A stretch of 38,720 nucleotides of DNA. Origin: Candidatus Cryosericum sp. Lineage in GTDB: Bacteria; Caldisericota; Caldisericia; Cryosericales; Cryosericaceae. Below are positions 30,097 through 38,720 of the stretch, piece after piece. The stretch spans positions 1 through 38,720 of the forward strand of contig JBNAWM010000004.1 in assembly GCA_049699855.1 (NCBI GenBank), in the 5' to 3' direction. Made by a program: the position numbers and the translations under genes. Below the pieces are notes generated by a model. That model did not search any database, was not told the origin of the DNA, and saw only the letters and a program-made list of their open reading frames with translations. How positions within the stretch are numbered: the stretch's first letter is position 1; the number at the start of each line of letters is the position of its first letter.

Positions 30097-31362
30097 ATGG
30101 TCAAATCCGTCAAGGGAACAAGCGACATAAGGGCACCTGAAATTCTTCTGTGGCAGTACGTCGAGCGAATCATGGCCCAAACTGCCAAGGAGTACGGCTA
30201 CGAGGAGATTCGAACGCCCACCATCGAAATGGAGGAGCTGTTTGCCACCTCCGTCGGAGAAGGCACTGACATTGTCGAAAAGGAAATGTACTCCTTTCCG
30301 GACAAGAAGGGGCGCCGCCTGGTGCTGCGGCCCGAAGGAACGGCGGCTGCCTGCAGGGCATACATTGAACACCAGATGAACCTGGAGCCTTCGCCGACCA
30401 AGTTCTACTATGCTGGGTCGTTTTTCAGGTACGAGCAGCCCCAAAGTGGCAGAAAGCGCGAATTTCACAGCTTTGGCGTCGAAGCAATTGGTGAGGCTTC
30501 ACCCCTGCAGGATGCCGAGGTCATCGATATGGTCATGACGATGCTCTCCCGCCTTGGTCTTTCCCAACTTTCGGTTGATATCAACAGCATCGGCGATGAC
30601 AACTGCCGCCCTGCATACAAAGAAGCACTGCGAGCCGCCCTGCAAAGCCATGTCGATGAATTGTGCCCCGACTGCAAGAGACGCATGGTCGAAAATCCCC
30701 TCCGAGTTCTCGACTGCAAGCGGGAGGATCCTCTGCTCCTCGACTCTCTGCCAAAATCTATTGATTATCTCTGCTCTGACTGCCAGGACCACTATCATAC
30801 CCTGCTGGCTGCTCTTGACGCGCTGGGGATCCCCCACCGTCAAAACAATCGACTGGTGCGCGGTCTCGACTATTACACGAGAACCGTGTTCGAGGTTGTC
30901 TCCGAAGACCTTGGGGCTCAGAACGCCCTGCTCGGGGGAGGACGGTACGACTACCTCGTTCATCATCTTGGAGGCCCCCCCACGCCAGCAGTCGGTTGGG
31001 GTCTCGGTCTGGAACGCCTGACCGCAGTCCTTGCAGCAAGATCGCCAGAGCTCATCTCTTCGCTGGCAATCCCTCGGCTCTACATTGCGCACTCCGCGGT
31101 GGCAGCCATGGCAGCCTTTGAACTGCGACGCAAGCTCGTGGGCACAGGCTGGGCAGTCGATGTTGACGTGCGGAGCGACGGATTTGGCAAACAGCTTGCC
31201 CGTGCATCAAAGAGGGGAGGCCGCCTGGCTCTTCTGCTCGGCGAGGACGAGCTTTCCGCAGGAACGTGCACGGTGAAGGACCTTGCCTCCGGAACACAGT
31301 CATCCGTTCCCATGACGGAACTTCCAGCCTTCCTTGAGGCTTTTCTCAAACAGGCAAAGTGA
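30097..31362 (+). CDS. hisS: Histidine--tRNA ligase
   Basis: DIVEKEMYSF, LRPEGTA, FRYEQPQSGRKREF, LVRGLDYYTRTVFE, GGGRYD, GLGLER. Confidence 0.97.
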   Translation: MVKSVKGTSDIRAPEILLWQYVERIMAQTAKEYGYEEIRTPTIEMEELFATSVGEGTDIVEKEMYSFPDKKGRRLVLRPEGTAAACRAYIEHQMNLEPSPTKFYYAGSFFRYEQPQSGRKREFHSFGVEAIGEASPLQDAEVIDMVMTMLSRLGLSQLSVDINSIGDDNCRPAYKEALRAALQSHVDELCPDCKRRMVENPLRVLDCKREDPLLLDSLPKSIDYLCSDCQDHYHTLLAALDALGIPHRQNNRLVRGLDYYTRTVFEVVSEDLGAQNALLGGGRYDYLVHHLGGPPTPAVGWGLGLERLTAVLAARSPELISSLAIPRLYIAHSAVAAMAAFELRRKLVGTGWAVDVDVRSDGFGKQLARASKRGGRLALLLGEDELSAGTCTVKDLASGTQSSVPMTELPAFLEAFLKQAK

Positions 31363-31390
31363 CCCTGTGATGCACCCGCTTTCACTTCCG

Positions 31391-31418
31391 TTGGCTTTCC
31401 TCCATTTTTGGCTATAAT
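31391..31418 (+). promoter_or_regulatory. 6S RNA promoter
   Basis: TTGGCT-N16-TATAAT, with the RNA starting about 7 nt downstream. Confidence 0.65.
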
Positions 31419-31424
31419 GACACC

Positions 31425-31603
31425 GTGTCACCCTGCGAAGCCCGTGAACCACTTGACGGGTTTGAGCCAACACAAATCACTCGGAAGCAGATGCCCTGTG
31501 GATACGAGCACTTCGCAGTGTTCTTGAAGCAGGGAACTTTATGCTCCCACCTGCTTAGGCAGGTTCAAAAGCTTCGTCAAGGCACGACCTTGTGGGGTGA
31601 CAT
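31425..31603 (+). ncRNA. ssrS: 6S RNA
   Basis: About 180 nt. The ends pair (GTGTCACCCTGCGAAG with CCTTGTGGGGTGACAT). Contains 6S-like elements GGTTTGAGCCAACA, AGGG...CCCACCTG and GGTTCAAAA. Lies downstream of hisS, resembling the hisS-aspS-ssrS locus of Firmicutes. Confidence 0.85.
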
Positions 31604-31632
31604 AATAAGTCTTCAACCAACTGGAGGAGTTT

Positions 31633-32079
31633 GTGCCGACAGATCAGGGCTTTGTCGTTGACCGTCGCGGCAATATTGTGACAGTACGCATTCAGCCGCA
31701 GGAAGGCTGCTCGTCCTGCGCCCTGTCCGAGTTCTGCGTTGGCAGCAAACAGGATTCCCCTACCGTAAAGGCGACCGCCTCCGACGACATCAAGCAGGGC
31801 GATACAGTAGAGGTAACGTTGGACGACTCGCTCCTCCTCAAGGCTACGGCCATCATGTATGGCATTCCCTTGCTCGCGTTCCTGGCAGGAGTGCTGGTCG
31901 GGTATCTCTGGGCGACCGTGGCAGCCATGAGTACAACCTTGTCCATGGTACTGCCTGTTGCCGGTGGTTTTCTCATGCTCATCCCGGGAGTACTCATCTC
32001 GCGCCGGGCAGGCTTTCGGCTCAACCCCACTGGTACCGTTGTGCGCAAACTCAATCAGGAGGCTCCCAGTCGATCATGA
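31633..32079 (+). CDS. RseC/MucC family membrane protein
   Basis: GCSSCALSEFC cysteine motif, GDTVEV, MYGIPLLAF, two TM helices. Confidence 0.85.
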   Translation: MPTDQGFVVDRRGNIVTVRIQPQEGCSSCALSEFCVGSKQDSPTVKATASDDIKQGDTVEVTLDDSLLLKATAIMYGIPLLAFLAGVLVGYLWATVAAMSTTLSMVLPVAGGFLMLIPGVLISRRAGFRLNPTGTVVRKLNQEAPSRS

Positions 32080-32465
32080 ATTCCACAGCGCTTTGGGTCC
32101 TTGATGCAATAATCGCACTGGGCATGATTGGAGCCGCCATTGCGATGGTGGCCGTTGGACGCACCTTGCAGCAGCTGTCTGGCCGCGTCTCTGAAGCCAT
32201 GGCCGACCTGCAGAAACAGGCGGCGGATCTGTCCTCGGAAGCAGTCAGCCTGATGCGCTCTACTGAATCCACAGAGCGGCATGTTGAGCAACTCACGGAT
32301 AGCTTGTCCCATCTGACGTCGTCTACCGATACGGTGGTTCGTGTCCTGCCTGCTGTAGCTTCTGACCGGAACAGGGGCACGCTGTCGGGAATCGTTGGTA
32401 CAATGGCACGTGCAGTGGCAGTAGCCAAGTTTGTGAAATCCATTTTTCCAAGGAGGAAGCGATGA
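32076..32465 (+). CDS. DUF948 / YoxC-YtxG-like membrane-anchored coiled-coil protein
   Basis: N-terminal TM helix, heptad coiled coil, basic C-terminus; sits before a YtxH gene with ATGA overlaps. Confidence 0.65.
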   Translation: MNSTALWVLDAIIALGMIGAAIAMVAVGRTLQQLSGRVSEAMADLQKQAADLSSEAVSLMRSTESTERHVEQLTDSLSHLTSSTDTVVRVLPAVASDRNRGTLSGIVGTMARAVAVAKFVKSIFPRRKR

Positions 32466-32713
32466 GTCAACGCGACGAATGCGGATCGTTTATGGGAGGA
32501 TTGCTGATCGGTGGTATTCTTGGAGCGCTTGCGGCGCTCGTCCTTGCGCCCCAAAGCGGCGAGGAAACTCGCAAGTTTCTCAAAGACAGAGCCCATGAGC
32601 TGAGCAAGGAAATCAACGACCAGACTGAGAACCTGAAAGAGAAGGGGCGCGAACTCCTGACCCAGGACGGGATAGAGATTGAGGAGTCCGACGATACTGG
32701 CGCACAGGCTTGA
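32462..32713 (+). CDS. YtxH domain-containing protein
   Basis: FMGGLLIGGILGALAALVLAPQSGEETRK is the YtxH signature. Confidence 0.88.
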   Translation: MSQRDECGSFMGGLLIGGILGALAALVLAPQSGEETRKFLKDRAHELSKEINDQTENLKEKGRELLTQDGIEIEESDDTGAQA

Positions 32714-32738
32714 TACTTGCTTTTCGCGACTTCACATC

Positions 32739-32766
32739 TTGATTCGTACAGAGATCTTGCTATAAT
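32739..32766 (+). promoter_or_regulatory. tRNA operon promoter
   Basis: TTGATT-N16-TATAAT with TGn extension. Confidence 0.75.
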
Positions 32767-32777
32767 TTCCTCGGTAT

Positions 32778-32851
32778 TGGGGAATCGTCCAACGGTAGGA
32801 CAGTAGCCTCTGGAGCTACCGATGATGGTTCGAATCCATCTTCCTCAGCCA
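32778..32851 (+). tRNA. tRNA-Gln(CTG)
   Basis: Cloverleaf: TGGGGAA/TTCCTCA acceptor, GTCC/GGAC D-stem, GTAGC-CTCTGGA-GCTAC anticodon arm, GATGG-TTCGAAT-CCATC T-arm, encoded CCA. Confidence 0.93.
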
Positions 32852-32856
32852 TTCCT

Positions 32857-32931
32857 GGCGCTGTAGAACAGTGGTTAGTTCGGGGGGCTCTCAATCCCCA
32901 AACAGGAGTTCAATTCTCCTCGGCGCTACCA
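32857..32931 (+). tRNA. tRNA-Glu(CTC)
   Basis: GGCGCTG/CGGCGCT acceptor, GAAC/GTTC D-stem, GGGGG-CTCTCAA-TCCCC anticodon arm, AGGAG-TTCAATT-CTCCT T-arm, ACCA end. Confidence 0.9.
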
Positions 32932-32954
32932 TGCTCATGACACCAAAACGATAG

Positions 32955-32984
32955 AACCGGGCTGCCGCCAGGCAGCCCGGTTTG
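32955..32984. terminator. Hairpin terminator between the tRNAs and the convergent esterase
   Basis: AACCGGGCTGCC-GCCA-GGCAGCCCGGTT 12-bp stem. Confidence 0.7.
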
Positions 32985-33026
32985 CTGTTCAGGCTTCCAC
33001 GCTGTTCCTGAAGAACCCTCGCTTGT

Positions 33027-33773
33027 TCACGAAGAGAGCCGCTGAACAAACTTCCATGCCTCTTCGACCACAGCATCCTTGTCGTAGTCCATGGTCACGA
33101 CGTGAGCTGACTTCTCGAAGACGACGATCTTCTTGTCCTTCGATGACACATGGTCCATGATGTATGGGCCACAGGCATGAGGAACGACATGGTCATGTTC
33201 AGAGCGCATCACGAGGATCGGCTGGGTAATCCGTTCAAGATCATTGCGAGTGACCTGCAGGAGCTTCACCATCTCATGCGCACCAGCCGTCGGCGTCCTG
33301 TCGTATGCTGGTTCCACCACCCCTGGCTGCATGATGTCTGAAGCAATTGCCGGCGTCGATGCAACCAAATGCTTCAACAGCGGGAGCAGCGGTGCGCGCT
33401 TGTCGGTCATGAACACGGGGGCGTTGATGGGAATGACGCCGGCGATCTCCGGATGCCGCTCAGCAAGATATAGAATGAGTGTGCCTCCCATCGAAAGGCC
33501 TGTGACAAACACTTTGTCGCACCGGCCAGCCAGACGCTCATATGCTTCTTCGGCGTCACGAATCCAGTCCGTATAATGAGCCTTGTTGACATCCTGCCAC
33601 TTCGTTCCGTGCCCCGTCAAGCGCGGAGCTTCGATCGAAAGTCCCTTGCCCGCAAGCTGCTCCGCATAGTACCGGATGCTCCCAACAGTACCCGTGAATC
33701 CCTGCATCACCAGACAGCCTACCCGACCCGTTCCTGCAGCGCTGAACGGCTTTCCCTCTTCTTCAATCTCCAT
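33027..33773 (-). CDS. Carboxylesterase / monoacylglycerol lipase-type alpha/beta hydrolase
   Basis: GFTG oxyanion loop, PRLTGHGT, GLSMGG nucleophile, DHVVP Asp, SAHVVT His; ATG 33773 after GAGGAGG. Confidence 0.9.
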   Translation of the reverse strand: MEIEEEGKPFSAAGTGRVGCLVMQGFTGTVGSIRYYAEQLAGKGLSIEAPRLTGHGTKWQDVNKAHYTDWIRDAEEAYERLAGRCDKVFVTGLSMGGTLILYLAERHPEIAGVIPINAPVFMTDKRAPLLPLLKHLVASTPAIASDIMQPGVVEPAYDRTPTAGAHEMVKLLQVTRNDLERITQPILVMRSEHDHVVPHACGPYIMDHVSSKDKKIVVFEKSAHVVTMDYDKDAVVEEAWKFVQRLSS

Positions 33774-33891
33774 GAACTCCTCCTCGTCGTGAGAAACTGA
33801 GAAACGCAACAAGAGCATCACTGAAGATATCACCTGAGCGCATGCTCCATTGCACGCAGGATCAAACAACACCGCTTCCTTTGTACGCTCC

Positions 33892-34929
33892 TCAGATGTC
33901 CAGGGAGCTGTCCTCGATCCCCAGGGACGAACAGGCATCGAGATCAATACTTGCCCGCACGCCGATCGCTGCACGCCGCACACCTGCATAGGCGATCATC
34001 GCAGCATTGTCGGTACAGTACTTCATGGGAGGAAAATACACTGGGATCCCAGCTCTGCTCGCAAAACTCTCCCTCAGTCGCCTGTTCGCCGCCACACCGC
34101 CAACGACTGTGAGCGTCCGTGGATGCACATCGCGCGCAGCTCTCAGCGATGTTGTCACCAGTTGTCCAATGACCGCGGACTCAAAGCTGGCAACGATGTC
34201 AGCCAGATGTCTCTGGCGTTCGTCCTCGGTAAGGGATTTTACGAAATTGATGCCCGCGGTCTTCAGGCCGCTGAAGCTGAATTCGTATCCTGCTTGCCCT
34301 GGCATCACGCTTGGAAATTGATGATAAGAGGAATCACCCGTTGCGCCGATACGCTGAAGCACGGGTCCCCCGGGGTATCCCAGCTTCAGAAACTTCGCGA
34401 ACTTGTCCAGCGTCTCTCCCGCAGCATCGTCACGGGTAGCACCCAATACCCGGTAATGGAGCCAGTGATCCACGTAGACGAGTTCCGTATGACCCCCCGA
34501 AACAATGAGGGCGAGCACGGGAAAGTCATCGCCCGTCAGGGGCGCGGAGCCACCCGCCATGTCGTGCAAGAACGATGCCATCACATGCCCTTCCAGATGA
34601 TTGACGGGAACCAGCGGTTTGCCGCTGGCGTAGGCAAGACCCTTGGCAGTCTCCACCCCCACGAGAAGAGATCCAATGAGCCCCGGCCCATAGGTGACCG
34701 CTATCCCATCGACGTCGCCTATCCCCATGCCCGCCTGAAGCAGAGCCTCATCGATGGAAGCGATGATGGTGGCCGTATGCCTCCGCGAGGCTATCTCCGG
34801 GACAATTCCGTCATACTTCTTGTGAAAGGAGTCCTGGCTCGAAATGACGGACGAAAGCACAAGGCCGGTGTCGTCGACAACGGCAGAGGCCGTATCGTCG
34901 CAGGAAGTCTCAATGCCCAGGATGCGCAT
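33892..34929 (-). CDS. tsaD: tRNA threonylcarbamoyladenosine transferase TsaD
   Basis: ILGIETSCDDT, GIVPEIASRRH, NHLEGH, VSGGHT, DDAAGE..DK, SFSGLKT, CTDNAAMIA. Confidence 0.96.
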   Translation of the reverse strand: MRILGIETSCDDTASAVVDDTGLVLSSVISSQDSFHKKYDGIVPEIASRRHTATIIASIDEALLQAGMGIGDVDGIAVTYGPGLIGSLLVGVETAKGLAYASGKPLVPVNHLEGHVMASFLHDMAGGSAPLTGDDFPVLALIVSGGHTELVYVDHWLHYRVLGATRDDAAGETLDKFAKFLKLGYPGGPVLQRIGATGDSSYHQFPSVMPGQAGYEFSFSGLKTAGINFVKSLTEDERQRHLADIVASFESAVIGQLVTTSLRAARDVHPRTLTVVGGVAANRRLRESFASRAGIPVYFPPMKYCTDNAAMIAYAGVRRAAIGVRASIDLDACSSLGIEDSSLDI

Positions 34930-35386
34930 CGTCCAGCTCCTTTGTCATAAGCAACCCATCCTCCATGTTGTCCGGGTAGTACATCGGCTTCAGCCCTGCC
35001 ACCGAAAACCCGAGGCCTTCATAGAGTTTCTGCGCAACGGTGTTGGACCGGCGAACTTCGAGAAACGCGCTCTTCATCTTCAGATCACGTGCAAGATCAA
35101 GCAGAAAGAGCACCAGCTGGCGCGCCACCCCAAGGCCGCGCGACGAAGGATGAGTCGCCACGTTGACAATGTGCAGTTTTTCGTCCTTGAACCAGCCTCC
35201 GATGAAACCCACAATATGCCTGTCCAGAAGTGCGACAAAATACTTCGCGTCGCTGTTAAACGTAATGTCCACAAAAAACGTCTCTTTCGGCCACGGAGTG
35301 GCATACGATGCTTCCTCGATCTCCCAGATAGCCTTGAGGTCCCGAACGGTAGCCGACCGGATCACAATGGATCTGCTTGGAGTCAT
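34910..35386 (-). CDS. rimI: Ribosomal protein S18 N-acetyltransferase
   Basis: IEEASYATPW, HIVNVATHP..RGLG, LEVRRSN, LYEGLGF, YYPDN.EDG; position between tsaB and tsaD. Confidence 0.9.
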   Translation of the reverse strand: MTPSRSIVIRSATVRDLKAIWEIEEASYATPWPKETFFVDITFNSDAKYFVALLDRHIVGFIGGWFKDEKLHIVNVATHPSSRGLGVARQLVLFLLDLARDLKMKSAFLEVRRSNTVAQKLYEGLGFSVAGLKPMYYPDNMEDGLLMTKELDDAHPGH

Positions 35387-36099
35387 GGCTTCACCTCGGG
35401 GTGATCAAACAGCTCCTCCAGAGTGCGCAGATAGATGGGCTCGAACCTCAGCGGATCTTCGCGACGCGCTGAACGCGCCGCTGCAACAATGCCCGCAGAG
35501 TCTGGATAGACATTGAAGAGCCATGTTGCCTTGCCCCTTGGCTCCGCCTCTTCGATGCGCGGCAGGAGGGAATCCGAAAAGGCACACGCAACGATACCTC
35601 TCAATCGTCCTATGTCAGCAAACACGTCCAGGCTGCTGCAGACCGCCTCTGAGGCTTCGTGTAATTCCCCGCCAGTGATGGCAAAGCTCTGAGCATAGAA
35701 CTCATGGCGCCGAGCGTCCAGCAGAGCCCAGACCAAGCCATCTGGTGGGTCCGGCGTGCCTTGCAGCAAACCAGTCCATGCAACTGCCTCAAGTGTCGTT
35801 ACAGAAAGCAAAGCACACGACGTCACATAGGAGATTGCCTTGGCGATGCTTGCACCAACGCGCGATCCGGTGAACGTTCCAGGACCTCGGACCACAATGA
35901 TCTCCGAAATATCTTGAACGGACAGACCTGCAGAGACGAGCACCTGGTCGACGGCTGTTACGGTTCCGTTGGAGGATGACGCCAGTTCGAGCGAGGTCTG
36001 CGCAAGCACTTCCCCGTCCGCGGCGACGCCGACCACGCCGACAATCGTGGCCGTATTAATCAGCAGCGCTGTGTGTTTCAACACCAAAACACCGTGCAA
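35383..36099 (-). CDS. tsaB: tRNA threonylcarbamoyladenosine biosynthesis protein TsaB (true start may be about 36081-36084)
   Basis: GPGTFTGSRVG, LDARRHEFY, EPIYLR. Confidence 0.9.
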   Translation of the reverse strand: MHGVLVLKHTALLINTATIVGVVGVAADGEVLAQTSLELASSSNGTVTAVDQVLVSAGLSVQDISEIIVVRGPGTFTGSRVGASIAKAISYVTSCALLSVTTLEAVAWTGLLQGTPDPPDGLVWALLDARRHEFYAQSFAITGGELHEASEAVCSSLDVFADIGRLRGIVACAFSDSLLPRIEEAEPRGKATWLFNVYPDSAGIVAAARSARREDPLRFEPIYLRTLEELFDHPEVKP

Positions 36100-36580
36100 T
36101 GACAGAGGGCTGGTAGAAGTCCTTAATGACGATACGTCTGGTGTCCTCGCTCAACACCTCGAAGTGAACCTCGATACGCTCATACAGATCAAGGAGGACC
36201 CCTGAGCGCTCAGCCCACTCAACAACGGTCACGCCCGGCTTCTCGATCTCCTCCTCAAATCCCACATCCAGCAACTGCCGGATATCCTCGATCCGATACA
36301 GGTCGAAGTGCCGCACGGGCACCCGTCCACGGTAATTTCTCTCCAGAACAAATGTTGGGCTGGCAACTGCAGCGCGGTCAACACCGCAGGCCCCGGCGAT
36401 GGCGCTCGTGAGAACTGTCTTCCCCGCTCCCAGCGGTCCAATCAAACCAACGATGACGGAATGAGGAACTCCTTGGCCAATTGTCTCGAGCAGACAACTC
36501 CCAAGCAAAATGCCAATCGCCTCAGTGGACTGACGGCATTGGCTCAGAAAAGGCACATCTATGCTCATCGTATAACTCAT
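36056..36580 (-). CDS. tsaE: tRNA threonylcarbamoyladenosine biosynthesis ATPase TsaE
   Basis: GPLGAGKT, VASPTFVL, HFDLYRI, VVEWAE. Confidence 0.93.
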   Translation of the reverse strand: MSYTMSIDVPFLSQCRQSTEAIGILLGSCLLETIGQGVPHSVIVGLIGPLGAGKTVLTSAIAGACGVDRAAVASPTFVLERNYRGRVPVRHFDLYRIEDIRQLLDVGFEEEIEKPGVTVVEWAERSGVLLDLYERIEVHFEVLSEDTRRIVIKDFYQPSVIARCFGVETHSAAD

Positions 36581-36592
36581 CTCAGGACAACT

Positions 36593-36621
36593 ATCTTAGC
36601 AGGAACGATTCATTTGTGCAA
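36593..36621 (-). promoter_or_regulatory. Putative tsaE operon promoter
   Basis: TTGCAC-N17-TAAGAT with TGn. Confidence 0.45.
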
Positions 36622-36686
36622 CTGCCAGGCAGACAACCTCCCTCCGCTGTGCCATGTCTCCTCACGCATTGTACCTCCAGGGGTAC

Positions 36687-36714
36687 TTGACAGTTCACAC
36701 TGCCCTCCTATAAT
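36687..36714 (+). promoter_or_regulatory. groESL promoter
   Basis: Perfect TTGACA and TATAAT separated by 16 bp. Confidence 0.85.
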
Positions 36715-36717
36715 TGG

Positions 36718-36744
36718 TTAGCACTCAGTAATAGAGAGTGCTAA
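36718..36744. promoter_or_regulatory. CIRCE element (HrcA operator)
   Basis: Perfect TTAGCACTC-N9-GAGTGCTAA. Confidence 0.97.
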
Positions 36745-36779
36745 TCTACTCAGAATGAAAGCACAGGAGGCACGACACT

Positions 36780-37070
36780 ATGGCAAAGTTGGTACCAATC
36801 GGTGATCACGTCGTCATTAAGGTAGAGAAAGCTGCGGAGACTGTGAAGAGCGGCATTGTGCTGCCAGACAGCGCCAAAGAGAAGCCACAGCAGGGAACGG
36901 TTATGGCAGTGGGTTCCGGAGTCATGCTGGACAACGGCACCAGGGTTCCGCTTGAAGTGAAGGAAGGCGACAAGGTCGTCTACTCCAAGTACAGCGGCAA
37001 CGAAATCAAACTCGATGACGAGGAATACGTTGTGCTTTCTCAGCATGACATTCTCGCCATTGTAAAGTAG
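36780..37070 (+). CDS. groES: Co-chaperonin GroES
   Basis: [29 protein letters not shown]. Confidence 0.97.
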   Translation: MAKLVPIGDHVVIKVEKAAETVKSGIVLPDSAKEKPQQGTVMAVGSGVMLDNGTRVPLEVKEGDKVVYSKYSGNEIKLDDEEYVVLSQHDILAIVK

Positions 37071-37082
37071 GGAGGAACGGCT

Positions 37083-38699
37083 ATGGATGCAAAACAGATT
37101 ATCTTCAGCGAAGAAGCATATGAGAAGATCCGCACGGGCGTAGACACGCTGGCGAACACGGTCAAGGTGACGTTGGGTCCAAAAGGCCGTCACGTCGCGC
37201 TTGAGAAGAAATTTGGATCTCCCGTCCTTTCCGACGACGGTGTCAGCATCGCCAAGGAAATCGAACTCGAGGATCCGAATGAAAACATCGGTGCTCAGCT
37301 GGTCCGCGAGATAGCACAGAAGACAGAAGACCAGGCAGGCGACGGCACGACGACTGCCACGGTACTTGCACAGATCATGATTCGTGAGGGCATCAAGAAT
37401 GTGACCGCCGGAGCCGACTCAGTCGCGTTGAAGGCAGGCATGGATAAGGCGACCACCGCCGTCGTGGAGGAGCTGAAGAGGCTCTCACGCCAGGTCAAGA
37501 CGCGCGAAGAGAAGGCTCAGGTTGCCACCGTTTCGTCCAAGATGCCCGCCGTTGGCGAAGCCATTGCGGACGCCATGGAGAAGGTCGGCAAGGATGGAGT
37601 CATCAGCGTTGAGGAATCACAGGGACTGGACATGAAGGTCGATACTGTGGAAGGCATGCAGTTCGACCGCGGCTACATTTCTCCCTACCTCGTCACTGAT
37701 CCTGACCGTATGGAAGCGGTCCTCAAGAATCCGCTGATTTTCGTTACCGACAAGAAGGTGACTTCCATCCAGGAGTTCCTGCCCGTGCTGGAGAAGCTCT
37801 CGCAGAAGGGACGCCCATTCCTGCTTGTTGCCGACGACATCACCGGCGAAGCTCTTGCCACTATCGTTTTGAACAAGGTACGCGGTACGTTCTCCTGCGT
37901 CGCCGTCAAAGCGCCTGGCTTCGGCGACCGGCGCAAAGCCATGCTGGAGGATATTGCCATCCTGACTGGCGGCAAGGTTCTCAGCGAAGATCTTGGACTC
38001 ACGTTCGAGAAAGTCACCGAGGACATGTTTGGCTCTGCCGACGAAGTGAAGGTCGACAAGGACAACACGACGATCGTCGGCGGCAAGGGAGCCAAGGACG
38101 AGATAAAGGCGCGCATTGGCCAGATCCGTAAGCAGATTGAAGAGACGAAGTCTGACTATGATAAGGAGAAACTTCAGGAACGTCTGGCAAAGCTTGCCGG
38201 CGGTGTCGCCATCATCAAAGTTGGCGCTCCCACTGAGACGGCCATGAAAGAGCTGAAGCATAGGGTCGAGGACGCTGTCAACGCCACCAAGGCTGCTGTT
38301 GCAGAGGGCATTATCATCGGCGGCGGAGCAGCTCTGGTCAAGGCAGGCAAGATGATTGACACGCTCAAGCTCACGGGCGATGAGAAGACTGGTGCCGAGA
38401 TCGTTCGCCAGTCGCTTCGCGAGCCTCTCAAGCTCATTGCCGACAATTCCGGCTACGAAGGCGTCATCGCGGTGCAGAAGGTCCTTGAAGGCGACGAGAA
38501 CCTTGGATTCAATTCTCTCACCAACAGCTTTGAAGACCTCTTCAAGAGTGGTATTGTAGATCCTCTGAAGGTCACCCGCCTTGCACTGCTCAACGCAGAG
38601 AGCATTGCCAGCCTGCTTCTGTCCACTGCAGCAATGGTGACTTCCATTCCGAAGAAAGAGCCCCCGGCACCTCCTGCCCCGGCTTATCCGGAGTACTAG
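37083..38699 (+). CDS. groEL: Chaperonin GroEL
   Basis: [57 protein letters not shown]. Confidence 0.98.
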   Translation: MDAKQIIFSEEAYEKIRTGVDTLANTVKVTLGPKGRHVALEKKFGSPVLSDDGVSIAKEIELEDPNENIGAQLVREIAQKTEDQAGDGTTTATVLAQIMIREGIKNVTAGADSVALKAGMDKATTAVVEELKRLSRQVKTREEKAQVATVSSKMPAVGEAIADAMEKVGKDGVISVEESQGLDMKVDTVEGMQFDRGYISPYLVTDPDRMEAVLKNPLIFVTDKKVTSIQEFLPVLEKLSQKGRPFLLVADDITGEALATIVLNKVRGTFSCVAVKAPGFGDRRKAMLEDIAILTGGKVLSEDLGLTFEKVTEDMFGSADEVKVDKDNTTIVGGKGAKDEIKARIGQIRKQIEETKSDYDKEKLQERLAKLAGGVAIIKVGAPTETAMKELKHRVEDAVNATKAAVAEGIIIGGGAALVKAGKMIDTLKLTGDEKTGAEIVRQSLREPLKLIADNSGYEGVIAVQKVLEGDENLGFNSLTNSFEDLFKSGIVDPLKVTRLALLNAESIASLLLSTAAMVTSIPKKEPPAPPAPAYPEY

Positions 38700-38720
38700 A
38701 GTCTCGAGCGCACTTCAGCA

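Noticed and set aside
31425..31661. 78-aa ORF after hisS
   Set aside because: It overlaps the 6S RNA structure and has no protein motif.
32891..33076. 61-aa minus-strand ORF
   Set aside because: It is antisense to tRNA-Glu and the terminator.
37083..38699. Codon reassignment CAG->Ala, suggested by the G3:U70 tRNA and GroEL DQAGDG
   Set aside because: CAG also encodes invariant Gln positions (GAQLV, VLAQ), so the standard code is retained.

Overview
A 38.7 kb core-chromosome window from an anaerobic, amino-acid-fermenting bacterium with moderately high GC. Its gene content resembles deep-branching Caldisericota/Thermotogota-like or Firmicutes-like lineages; this is tentative inference only. 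It is almost entirely housekeeping. In order: prfA (partial)-tdk-rho-cyclodeaminase/cyclohydrolase; a TM1459-like cupin plus SDR; a divergent bS21; an AI-2E transporter-gyrA-gyrB; an amino-acid fermentation operon (gdhA, buk, uncharacterised P-loop NTPase, four-subunit 2-oxoacid:ferredoxin oxidoreductase, SsnA-like amidohydrolase); deoxynucleoside kinase; proS; ferredoxin; fabD-fabG-acpP-fabF; an S1 protein with long acidic tails; dnaX-ybaB-recR; ydcF; a NERD protein; hisS; a 6S RNA; rseC-DUF948-ytxH; tRNA-Gln(CUG) and tRNA-Glu(CUC); a carboxylesterase; tsaE-tsaB-rimI-tsaD; and CIRCE-controlled groES-groEL. I found no mobile element, CRISPR array or defence island, and I cannot support a wholly new multi-gene system. 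The most unusual signals are regulatory or at residue level: (i) most recognisable sigma-A-type promoters have a 16-bp rather than 17-bp spacer; (ii) one palindromic -35 box is shared by two divergent promoters; (iii) a divergent pair of apparently leaderless genes (dnaX/ydcF); (iv) a tRNA-Gln carrying the alanine identity pair G3:U70; (v) gyrase substitutions at the classical quinolone and coumarin resistance positions; (vi) candidate structured 5' leaders before dck and gdhA.
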